In this document: positions 20,857 to 30,736 of the stretch, piece after piece
Layout: each line of letters starts with the position of its first letter
Numbering within the stretch: position 1 is the first letter of the stretch
Source: Somniosus microcephalus
Taxonomy: Eukaryota
Direction of reading: 5' to 3'
Length of the DNA stretch: 33,232 nucleotides
Assembly (NCBI GenBank): GCA_052327205.1
Contig: CM126224.1
Location: forward strand, 60,976,769-61,010,000
The notes under the pieces: generated by a model
The model's database searches: none
Told to the model about the DNA's origin: nothing
What the model saw: the letters and a program-made list of their open reading frames with translations, nothing else
Position numbers and translations under genes: made by a program

Positions 20857-22742
20857 GGCCCCGATTTTCGGCTTGTGTGGGAAATGGTCGGGTTTCCCCG
20901 AATGTGGGGTTTCTGACACACATAAAAAAGTGTCAGCCAGCTCCACGCAATTTTCCCTCAAGTGGCCAATTAATTCCCAGCATGTGGGAAGCCTTGCTAT
21001 TTATCCAATTCGAGTCAGAAATCCCCACAGTATGATGTCATAATTCGTGGTGCTTTCAAGGTCCATAGCAAGCACTGCATCCTCTGAAGGCTTCCAAACG
21101 AACCATACAGGATGGCAGAGGCGCCTGCAGCAGCTGTGGCCAGTGCCAGACCCCAAGCTGCCTCCAAATTCGACGAGGCTTCACTGCAGGCATTATTGGA
21201 TGGGGTAAGGGCCCACAGGGAGGTCCTCTTCCCTAGGTCAGGGAGGAAGAGGCCTCCCACTGAGACCAATCCTGCATGGATGCAGGTGTCAGAAGATGCC
21301 AACTCGCTGGGAGTCACCAGAAGAACCTTGGCATTACATCTCTAATTCCTTCCTTTACTCCCTCACAGTACCACCCAGAGCCCCCGTCCTCACTGTGGAG
21401 GAGGAAGAGGCTGTGCAGCCAGACTCCTCAGAGGAAGCTCCAACCTCTGAGGGTGCAGCGTCAGCAGAAGTAAGCGCACCCAGCACCAGCGCAGACACCC
21501 GCGCTTCGGGGGGACCTTCGGGACATAGAGTAGTGTTGTCACCTGGTGTTTCACAGCTCACAAGTGAGCCTCAGCAGATTCTGGAGGCAGGGACAGCAGT
21601 GGAGGGTCCTCGTCGGAGGGCGCAGGACTCTGCCAGCTCAGCTCAGCTGCGCTGCATGTCGACCCTCTGCCTCTGGGTCCATCCGCAAGAGAAGAGGTGA
21701 TGGATCTCCATGCACAGATGCAGGAGTCTCTGGCAGGTTTTGTCTCCAGGGTCGCTGTGAGTGTGGAGCGAATGGAGGAGTCCATAGCGACCATGAGCAG
21801 AGCCTTTGTGGAGTCATTGGCGCATGAACGCATCACCATGGAAAGGTTGGCAACCTCCATGCAGGAGATAACTCGCCAGGGTACGGAAAACATGGTGAGT
21901 GCTCATAAGAGAATGACATCTCTTGAGGAGCGTTGGCCATCTGTTGAACAGAGAAACCAGATCTTCATGGAAGTCCTTCTGAGTAGGACTGCCAGTGCAG
22001 AAATGGGTCCCACTGGCCCCCTAAAGCGCAGCAAGGTGCTCTCAATCCACTTCCAAGCACTGGCCCCTTCTGGCCTGTGCAGCTTCAGGTGAGTGAGCAG
22101 CAGCCTGGTGCTCCTGGTGCTCATCATGCTGTTCCTGGTTCTGCTGCTGCCACCTCTGCTGTTGGAGATCCTCTAATGCCAGGAATGGAATGTTCCAAAG
22201 GCCTCCCATGCTTCTGGCAGATGCCTCCGCTGAGGGGGCGCTGAGTTAGGGTGGTGAGAGGGGCTTCCCAGGAGCTCACACTGGAGAAGTGTGTGAGGCT
22301 CCAACTTTCTACAGCTGTTCCTAAGCCTTCAAAAAGTTCCCCCAAGCCTTCATCAACGAGGTCCTGCAGCCTGCAAATGCTGCCTCTTTAAATCTCTTCA
22401 GTCCTCATTGACCTGCAGCTGACAGCAAGCAAGCCAACTGTTTGCATGCCAGCTCTCATCAGTGGGGTTCCCCGCAGGCGTATTTGATGTGGGGAAAGCC
22501 CCAAAGTCGCATCGACCCTGGAAAATCTACCTCAACAAGGAGATAATTGCTCATTACTGCTCCGACGACCAGTCCCGCCAGCGGCGGCCGGGACTGAGGC
22601 AGGTCGCGTAGAAACGGCGGTCCGAAAGTCGGACGGGGCAGGGAATCAGGCCGGGGGGGGGTGGTCCCGACCCGCTTTTTCGCCGATTTTTGGCCCCCGG
22701 CCGCCTGGAAAGCCGCCGGACGGCGGCCAGAAAATCGACCCC
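20857..22742 (+). mobile_element. Non-autonomous, internally deleted PIF/Harbinger element (compound, two right-end TIR candidates)
   Basis: Left terminal inverted repeat (TIR) GGCCCCGATTTTC. Outer right TIR GAAAATCGACCCC (22730-22742). Inner TIR-like GAAAATCTACCTC (22521-22533). A 3-bp overlap AAC/ATC in the host CR1. Contains Myb/SANT remnants. Confidence 0.82.
21112..22050 (+). pseudogene. Harbinger Myb/SANT-like gene remnant
   Basis: ASKFDEASLQALLDGVRAHREVLFPRSGRKRPP...AWMQVS...VTRRT parallels the N-terminal domain at 26871-27107 but breaks before the C-KK(F/W)-D helix. A polypyrimidine-CAG acceptor at about 21368 is followed by an acidic linker and a coiled-coil segment (VERMEESIATMSRA). 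The 3' boundary is approximate. Confidence 0.78.
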
Positions 22743-23565
22743 ATCCTCTCAGCATCTACCCTGTCAATCCCCTTCACAATCTGGTATGTTTCAATGAGGT
22801 CATTTCTCATTCTTCTAAACTCGAGAGAGTATAGGCCCAATCTACTCAATCTCTCCTCATATGACAACTCTCTCATCCCAGGGATCAATCTAGTGAACCT
22901 TCGTTGCACCGCCTCTAAGGCAAGTATATCCTTCCTCAGATAAGGAGACCAAAACTGTGCCCAGTACTCCCGGTGTGGTCTCACCAAGGCCCTGTACAAT
23001 TGTAGCAAGACTTCCTCACTCTTATACTCCAACCCCCTTGCAATAAAGGCCAACAGGCCATTTGCCTTCCTTATTGCTTGCGGTACCTGCACATTAACTC
23101 TGTGTGTCTTGTACTAGGACACCCAAATCTCTCTGAACACCAACATTTAATCGTTTCTCACCATTTAAAAAAATAATCTGCTTTTGTATTGTTCCTACCG
23201 AAGTGAATCACCTCACATTCCCCCACATTATGGCCTAGAAATTCAGTTGGTTGCGCCAGCCGTTAGCGCCTTAGGAGGAGTAGATGTCGGGCGCTAGGCG
23301 GCTAGCGCCCGGGCGCAGCGCGATCAGCGCCTCGCCCCAACTTCACTAGAGATTTAGCGGCGGCGCAAAGTCTTTGCGCGCACTCAGCTGCGCGCGCAGA
23401 TCATGACGTCATTTCCTCGTGCAACGCCCTTTGTGCACCCCGAACCGGAACTTCAGTGGCGCCGCCCCATTGTGCGCCTGGCGCCCCTAGCGACTGTTAG
23501 AGTGGAACGGTGCTCAGCCGATGCGGGGCGCGGGGGGCGCAAATTAAAGGGCACTCCTCCTGCAC

Positions 23566-23572
23566 TATAAAA
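23566..23572 (+). promoter_or_regulatory. Candidate TATA box of the transposase gene
   Basis: TATAAAA downstream of the GC-rich subterminal region, about 170 bp upstream of the ATG. Confidence 0.55.
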
Positions 23573-23739
23573 GGCTGCCATTTCGCAGCACTCCTTCTTG
23601 AGAAACGGATCTTTGGAGAGAGACCAAGGTAGATAGCTTTCTGCTTTGGCCCAACACTTGGACAGGTACTTCTGGCTTCAGGCCACAGCTTTCCACTAGT
23701 CTTTGCCTTCATTGACATCTCATTGTTTGCCAGCATATT

Positions 23740-24870
23740 ATGGGGGCTGCAATGGGTGTCAACGCTGGCTTTCTCAATTACATCCAAAGGGCTCACAGAC
23801 GCCGTGAGAGAGTGGCAGCCCTGGCTAGACGGAGAGGGGGCAACAGGCATCGGCAAAGGAGGCCTTACCCACCCAGGGTATACCGCCAGCAGTTTTCCTA
23901 TCTCAACATGTCTGAGGAGCAGTGTGTTCGGAGGCTGCGATTCAGAAGGGACGTGGTCACAGAGATCTGCCAGCTGCTTGGCGGTGATCTGCAGCCACAG
24001 CTGAGGAGCAGGAGATCTCTGTCGGTGGCAGTGAAGGTGACGGTGGCTCTCAACTTCTATGCCACCGGCTCCTTCCAATCCGCTGCTGGGGACATTGCCA
24101 ACATCTCCCAGTTCGCCGTGCATTGCTGCATCCGCCAGGTCACCAATGCCCTTTTCAAAAGGAGACGTCAGTTCATCTCCTTCTCCATGGCCCTTGCCAA
24201 GCAGCAACAGCGTGCAATGGGCTTTGCAGCATTCGCGGGCTTCCCCATGGTGCAGGGCGCCATTGACTGCACGCATGTGGCTTTGCGGGCACCTCTGGAG
24301 AATGCCGAGGATTACCGCAACCGAAAGGGCTACCATTCGCTGAACGTCCAGCTGGTGTGTGACCACAGGCAGCTCATCCTAGCTGTCAATGCCCGCTTTC
24401 CAGGCAGCAGCCACGATGCCTTCATCCTGCGCCAGACTTCTCTGGCAGACATGTTCCAGGCCCAGCCTCACCCACGAGGATGGCTTATCGGGGACAAAGG
24501 CTATCCTTTGTGTACCTGGCTGATGACCCCGCTCCGTGCGCCCAGCACCCCTGCTGAAGAGGGATACAACGAGAGCCATCAAGCGACCAGGAACATCATC
24601 GAACAAACAATCGGCATCCTGAAGCAAAGGTTCCGCTGTCTGGATCGTTCCGGTGGAGCCCTACAATATTCGCCGGAGCGAGTCTCCCATTTCGTGGTCG
24701 TTTGCTGCATGCTGCACAACCTGGCTATCCGCAGGACTCAGGCACTGCCACCAGAGATTGGAGGACCACCTCAGGAGGGGGAGGAGGAGGAGGAGGAGGA
24801 GGACCAGCACAGGAGGGAGGCACAAAGTGCAAGGGCCGCCCGTCGCCGGCTTATTGAACGTCGGTTCTAG
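23740..24870 (+). CDS. Harbinger DDE transposase (HARBI1-like nuclease), 376 aa, uninterrupted
   Basis: HTH region (ALNFYATGSFQ...ISQFAVHCCI). Catalytic motifs GAIDCTH, GDKGY and IIEQTIG. Also YRNRKGYHSLNVQ, PGSSHD, LKQRFRCL and CCMLHN. Confidence 0.93.
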   Translation: MGAAMGVNAGFLNYIQRAHRRRERVAALARRRGGNRHRQRRPYPPRVYRQQFSYLNMSEEQCVRRLRFRRDVVTEICQLLGGDLQPQLRSRRSLSVAVKVTVALNFYATGSFQSAAGDIANISQFAVHCCIRQVTNALFKRRRQFISFSMALAKQQQRAMGFAAFAGFPMVQGAIDCTHVALRAPLENAEDYRNRKGYHSLNVQLVCDHRQLILAVNARFPGSSHDAFILRQTSLADMFQAQPHPRGWLIGDKGYPLCTWLMTPLRAPSTPAEEGYNESHQATRNIIEQTIGILKQRFRCLDRSGGALQYSPERVSHFVVVCCMLHNLAIRRTQALPPEIGGPPQEGEEEEEEEDQHRREAQSARAARRRLIERRF

Positions 24871-25707
24871 GCCCCCTCTCAGGGAATGGCTTGTGCCAAT
24901 GTCAGCAGATGAATGTAGCCGCTCCACAAGCTCTCAGCCGAGCAGGGCAACCAGGATTTAACCAAAAAACCATGCACACTGCAATTTAACCACAATAATT
25001 TATTGAAAACCTCTGCCCTTCCCACATTACATGCTCATGTGGAGAAGGCCCCTCCAAAAACACAAAACTACCAGTCTCGGCCTTACAAAAAGAAAGAAAG
25101 ACACCAGTCTCGGCCTTACAAAAACACAACAGGCATTTGAGCATACCTTCTACTTTTTGCCCTGCAAGGGCGATGCCTTTCGCATCCTTGCCTGGCCCCT
25201 GCCCGCCCTGCAGCTCCTCCTCAATGGGAGCCCAGTGGCTGCAGCAAGGCTGGGGGAAGGCTGCTGAGGGGCAGATGGCGTGATGGCAGATGCCCTTGGG
25301 GGTCGGCCTGCACCAGCTCTGGCCTTGGAGTGGCCGGCTGCTGACTGCTCCAACTCTGGCTGGGCGGCAGCAGTCTGTCCAGCGGCTCGTGGCAGCTGCA
25401 ATGGCGGAGTGGCAGTGTCAGCTGCAGGAATGGTGCCAACCTGGCAGATCGCAGGTGCTCGCTGGTCGCCTGATACAGTGGCACTCGCACGGGCCAGCAC
25501 TGCAGCATGTGCAGCAAACAGCTGAAGAACAGACTGCTGGGCTGCTGCTGCGCGGCGGGTGCCCTGGCGATGCCTGGCTGATCCAGCGAGGGTGGCAGCA
25601 GTTAGTGCCCATGTGGCCCTGGTCTGTGTCCACATGACACCAGCCAGTGAATGGATGGCACGACTGAGCACTTGGCTAGAAGCCGACTGTGCTGCCGCGA
25701 AGTCCTG

Positions 25708-25806
25708 CAGACTCCTGGCCTGTGCTGCACTGAATTGTTCCAGACTCCTGGCCTGTGCTGCACTGAATTGTTCCAGACTCCTGGCCTGTGCTGCTCCGAA
25801 TTGCTG
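25708..25806 (-). repeat. 33-bp coding repeat x3 (11-aa unit)
   Basis: CAGACTCCTGGCCTGTGCTGC at 25708, 25741 and 25774. Encodes QQFGAAQARSL, EQFSAAQARSL, EQFSAAQARSL. Confidence 0.9.
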
Positions 25807-26556
25807 CACACTTCTTGACAGAGACTCTATGGAGTCAGGCATCCTTGCCACTGCAGCCATGAGCTCAGTGTGCCTGCGCTCAGCCTGGACGGCCATTTCC
25901 TCTAGGAGGCGCACCTCCTCTGCGCTGACCGTCGCAGGACTGGAGGCTGCACTCACCCTCTGGGGAGAAGCCCGCCGAGCTTCCCCACCCCTCCCGCGTT
26001 GCTGCAGGCCGCTGGGCCCCGGAGCTTCAATCTCCTCCGACCCTTCCCCCCGGCTCCCCTCCAGGGAAGACGTGTCCCCTACATCGCCATGGGCTGGCGC
26101 GGCTGAGGGTGGCACTGATGGGCCGGCTTCCTCTTCCTCCTCCTCGTCTTCCGAAGGGCTGACAGTGGCAGCTTGAGGGCCCGCCTCCTCACCTGGTGAT
26201 TCACCATCTGAAAGCAGGAAGCCACAAGAGTAGCTTTTTAGAGTGAGGACAGGGCGGCAGCGAGGGAGGCATGAGTGGTGCCATTCACCGCATTGGTCGG
26301 ACAGTGGCAAAGGATGCTGATCTCATGCGCAAGTGGCACGAGAGAGGTCCAAAAGGTGATGCCCTTACCATTGGTGCCCAGAACAGGGTCGGCATCTCCA
26401 CTGGCGACGGGGCCAATCAGCCGGCCTGCCATAATGCGCTCCACATGCTGGTCGAGGTCGGAGAGCTCTTTGAGGTCAGGACGGCCTCCCCCGGTCTCAG
26501 TTCAGTTGCGCCGGTTGTGCGCCACCTTGGCCTGCAAGAGAAAGGACGGCCTCTAA

Positions 26557-26730
26557 GTACAGTGTGAAGCCCTGATCTTGTCTGCACTGCCTCCCATGGT
26601 CGAATAGCTTGTACAGTGTGTAGCCCTGATCTTGTCTGCACTGCCTCCCATGGTCGAATAGCTTGTACAGTGTGTAGCCCTGATCTTGTCTGCAATGCCT
26701 CCCATGGTGGAATAGCTTGTACAGTGTGTA
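26557..26730. repeat. 54-bp tandem repeat (about 3.2 copies) in intron 1 of the Myb/SANT gene
   Basis: GTACAGTGTG starts at 26557, 26611, 26665 and 26719. Confidence 0.93.
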
Positions 26731-29095
26731 AAGTGCTGAATGTGCAAGTGATTTTCATGCCAGTCCCATAGCTGCTGGATGAGGGCTGGCCATTAGGGCT
26801 TTCAGGTCCCTTTGCCCATAAAGTGAGGTGCACATGCAAGGATGAGGAGGACACTGGAAAGGGTACTCACCCTGACAACCTGAGTGAGGTCGTTGAACTT
26901 CTTCCGGCATTGCACAGGAGTCCTGGCAACCACGCTGTTAGAAGACACCCTATTGGAGACCTCCCTCCAGGCTTTCCGGTAGGCGCTGGGCAGCGGCCTC
27001 TTGCCACCTTCTGGAAACAGAACATGGCGCCTGCGCTCCACTCCGCCAACCAGCAGCCTCAGGTCACCGTCGCTGAAGCGCTGCGCTCTCTCCCTGGCCT
27101 TCTCCATAGCCCTGGGCGTTGTGCAGGTGAAGCTGAAGTGGTCAGGCCTAGGTTGAGGGCTGCAGTGTGCAGGGCGTGGCAGGCAAACAAATCCACCCTC
27201 CCCCTTTAAGAGCTGACCGGTGCCAGAGTGTCTGCCGTCAATCAAGAACTCGCCGCACCGGTGCTGCGCCCGGCCTCGGGGCTATCGCTCAGCACCGCCG
27301 GCTTAGCGCCTAAAGATAGTCGTGCATCGCCTGTTTTAGCGCAGCAGCAACCTCTTGGGGCAATGCAACTGAATATCGGCGAAGGGGGCGTGACTTTGCG
27401 CCGGGCGCAAACTTTAGCGGCCGCCCGACTTTAGCGCCCCAAAAGTGGCTATACTGAATTTCTAGGCCTATATCCCTTATCTGCCACTTTATGCCCACTC
27501 ACTTAACCTGTCTACATCCTTTAGCAGGCTCTTTGTGTCCTCACAGCTTACTTTCCCACCTAGCTTTGTATCATCAGCAAACTTGGTCCCTTCATCTAAG
27601 TCATTAATATAGATTGTAAATAGCTGAGGCCCAAGCACTGATCCTTGTGGCACCCCACTAGTTCCAGCCTGTCGATCTGAAAATGACCCGTCTATCCCTA
27701 CTCTCTGTTTCCTGTCCGTTAACCAATCCTCTATCCATGCTAATACATTACACCCAACCCCATGTGCCCTTATCTTGCATAACAACCTTTTATGTGGCAC
27801 CTTATTGAATGCCTTTTGGAAATCCAAATATACTACATCCACTGGTTTCCCTTTATCTACCCTGTTAGTTACATCCTCAAAACACTAATAAATTTGTCAA
27901 ACGCAATTTCCCTTTCATAAAACCATGTTGACTCTGCCTAATATTTGATTTTCTAAGTGCCCTGATACCACTTCCTTAATAATGGATCACAGCATTTTCC
28001 CCGACTACTGATGTCAGGCTCACTGGCCTATAATTTCCTGTTTTCTCTCTCCCTCCTTTCTTGAATAGTGGGGTTACATTTGCTACCTTCCAATTTGCTG
28101 AATCTAGGGACTTTTGGAAGATCACAATCAATGTATCCACTATCTCTGCACCTCTTTTAGAGCCCTAGGATGTAGGCCATCAGGTTCAGGGGATTTATCG
28201 GCTTTTAGTCCCATTATTTTCGCAAGTACTTTTTTCTCGACTGATATTAATTACTTTAAGTTCCTCATTCTCATTAGCCCCTTGGTTCCCCACTATTTTT
28301 GGTTACTTTGTGTCTTCCACTGAAGACAGGTACAAAATATTTGTTTAAAGTCTTTGCCATTTCCTTGTTCGCCAATATAATTTCTCCTGTCTCAGCCTCT
28401 AAGGGACCAATGCTTGCTTTTGCTACTCTCTTCCTTTTTACATACTTGTAGAAGCTCTTACAATTTGTATTTATATTTTTTGCTAATTTACTCTCATTCT
28501 ATTTTCTCTTTCTTTTTTAATCAGTTTTTTGGTCATCCTTTGCTGGTTTCTAAAGCTCTCCCAATCCTCAGGCTTACTACTATTCTTTTGCAACATTATA
28601 AGCCTCTTCTTTGAATCTAATGCTATCCTTAACTTCTTTAGTTAACCACGGATGATCATTTTTCCCCATGAAGTTTTTATTTTTCACTGGAATGTATATT
28701 TGTTGAGAATTTTGGAATATTTCTTAAATGTTTGCCACTGCTTATCTACCGTCATACCTTTTAATCTAATTTCTCAATGTAGATTAGGCAATTAGCCAAC
28801 TCACCCCACATATCTATGTGTATGGCTTTGTTTAAGTTTTAAACTCTAGTTTCAGACTTAAGAATGTCACTCTCAATTCCACCATATTATGGTCACTCTT
28901 CCCTAGAGGATCCTTTACTATGAGATTACTAATTAGGCCTGTTTCATTACACAAGATCTGAAAAAGCCTGTTCCCTGGTTGGTTCCATTGTAGAACGTAT
29001 TGTTCATGGAAGATGTCTCGAATGCATTCCATGAACTCGTGCTCTAGACTACCATTGCCAATTTGATTTTCCCAATCTATATCAAGATTAACATA

Positions 29096-29172
29096 ACATC
29101 CGTAACATCGCCCGTCTCAGCAAATCTGCCATTGAGACTTTCATCCGTGCCTGTGTCATCTCCAGACTCAAC
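29096..29172 (+). mobile_element. Small L2 fragment
   Basis: CGTAACATCGCCCGTCTC...ATCCGTGCCTGTGTCATCTCCAGACTCAAC resembles 20153-20237 (RNIARL...SRL motif). Confidence 0.55.
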
Positions 29173-29264
29173 CAAGCACAGGAATCAGGAGAAAGGGGGC
29201 CAAGAACAAACCATCACCTTGTCTCTACACTGGATCTTAATAACAAGGCCAGCAGGGGTTACAG

Positions 29265-30236
29265 GCGGGGGGAGAGAGAGAGGACGGGGGGGAGAGAGAG
29301 AGAGGACGGGGGGGGAGAGAGAGAGAGGACGGGGGGGAGAGAGAGGACGGGGGAGAGAGAGGGGGAGAGAGAGGGGGGAGAGAGGGGGGGAGAGAGGGGG
29401 GGGGAGAGAGGGGGGAGAGAGGAGGGGGAGAGGAGGGGGAATGGGGAGGGGGAGAGGAGGGGGAATGGGGAGGGGGAGAGAGAGGGGGAGGGAGAGAGGG
29501 GGGGAGGGAGAGAGAAGGGGGAGGGAGAGTGAGGGGGAAGAGAGAGTGAGGGGGGAGAGAGAGTGAGGGGGAGAGAGAGTGAGGGGGAGAGAGAGTGAGG
29601 GAGAGAGAGTGAGGGGGAGGGAGATTGAGGGGGAGGGAGAGAGAGAGAGGGGGGTGGGAGATTGAGGGGGGAGGGAGATTGAGGGGGGAGGAGATTGAGG
29701 GGGGAGGGAGATTGAGGGGGGAGGGAGATTGAGGGGGAGGGAGATTGAGGGGGAGGGAGATTGAGGGGGAGGGAGATTGAGGGGGAGGGAGATTGAGGGG
29801 GAGGGTGATTGAGGGGGGAGGGAGATTGAGGGGGGAGGGAGATTGAGGGGGTAGGGAGAGAGAGGGGGGAGGGAGAGAGAGGGGGAGGGAGAGAGAGGGG
29901 GGAGGGAGAGAGAGGGGGGAGGGAGATTGAGGGGGGAGGGAGATTGAGGGGGAGGGAGATTGAGGGGGAAGGGAGATTGAGGGGGGAGGGAGATTGAGGG
30001 GGGTGGGAGATTGAGGGGGGAGGGAGAGAGAGGGGGGAGGGAGAGAGAGGGGGAGGGAGAGGGAGAGAGAGGGGGGGAGGGAGAGAGTGGGGGGAGGGAG
30101 CGAGAGGGGGGGAGAGAGAGGGGGAGAGAGAGGGGGAGAGAGAGGTGGGAGAGAGGGAGGGGAGGGAGAGGAGGGTGAGGAGAGAGAGGGGGAGGGACGG
30201 AGAGAGGGGGAGGGGGGGGGAGGGGAGAGGGGAGGA
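29265..30236. repeat. Polypurine G/A low-complexity tract with a 16/17-bp GGGAGATTGAGGGG(G)GA subrepeat
   Basis: Almost entirely G and A on the plus strand for about 970 bp. Confidence 0.95.
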
Positions 30237-30736
30237 NNNNNNNNNNNNNNNNNNNNNNNNNNNNNNNNNNNNNNNNNNNNNNNNNNNNNNNNNNNNNNNN
30301 NNNNNNNNNNNNNNNNNNNNNNNNNNNNNNNNNNNNNNNNNNNNNNNNNNNNNNNNNNNNNNNNNNNNNNNNNNNNNNNNNNNNNNNNNNNNNNNNNNNN
30401 NNNNNNNNNNNNNNNNNNNNNNNNNNNNNNNNNNNNNNNNNNNNNNNNNNNNNNNNNNNNNNNNNNNNNNNNNNNNNNNNNNNNNNNNNNNNNNNNNNNN
30501 NNNNNNNNNNNNNNNNNNNNNNNNNNNNNNNNNNNNNNNNNNNNNNNNNNNNNNNNNNNNNNNNNNNNNNNNNNNNNNNNNNNNNNNNNNNNNNNNNNNN
30601 NNNNNNNNNNNNNNNNNNNNNNNNNNNNNNNNNNNNNNNNNNNNNNNNNNNNNNNNNNNNNNNNNNNNNNNNNNNNNNNNNNNNNNNNNNNNNNNNNNNN
30701 NNNNNNNNNNNNNNNNNNNNNNNNNNNNNNNNNNNN
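30237..30736. other. Assembly gap (500 N)
   Basis: A run of exactly 500 N, probably a placeholder size. Confidence 0.99.

Larger units (their letters stand above)
25150..27107 (-). pseudogene. Harbinger Myb/SANT-like partner gene, 3 exons (27107-26871, 26531-26369, 26207-25150), one in-frame TGA
   Basis: Exon 1 encodes RFSDGDLRLLVGGVERRRHVLF...AWREVS...RTPVQCRKKFNDL. Donors are GTGAGT and GTAAGG; acceptors are TTGCAG and TTTCAG. Phases 0 and 1 join into 486 codons. TGA at 26504-26502 falls in AKVAHNRRN*TETGGG. Confidence 0.85.
23232..27468 (+). mobile_element. Full-length two-gene PIF/Harbinger DNA transposon (4237 bp)
   Basis: Perfect 16-bp TIRs GGCCTAGAAATTCAGT (23232-23247) and ACTGAATTTCTAGGCC (27453-27468). 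3-bp TSD TAT. Convergent transposase and Myb/SANT genes. CpG-rich subterminal regions. Confidence 0.96.
20538..29095 (-). mobile_element. Long 5'-truncated CR1 LINE in three collinear pieces (20538-20856, 22743-23231, 27469-29095)
   Basis: The pieces join seamlessly once the two Harbinger insertions are removed. RT motifs YLDFQKAFNKVPH, GVPQGSVLGP and KFADDTKL lie in 27489-27842. The endonuclease-end motif PLGKSDHNMV lies near 28880-28915. Many frameshifts. Confidence 0.9.

Noticed and set aside
23497-24366. 289-aa antisense ORF over the transposase, and similar shadow ORFs over both gag-pol regions
   Set aside because: Expected antisense or alternate-frame ORFs in GC-rich coding DNA, with no independent motifs.
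23740-24870. Domesticated host gene HARBI1
   Set aside because: It lies between perfect TIRs with a TSD, inside a CR1 and beside a Myb partner. It is a transposon copy, so no gene symbol is given.
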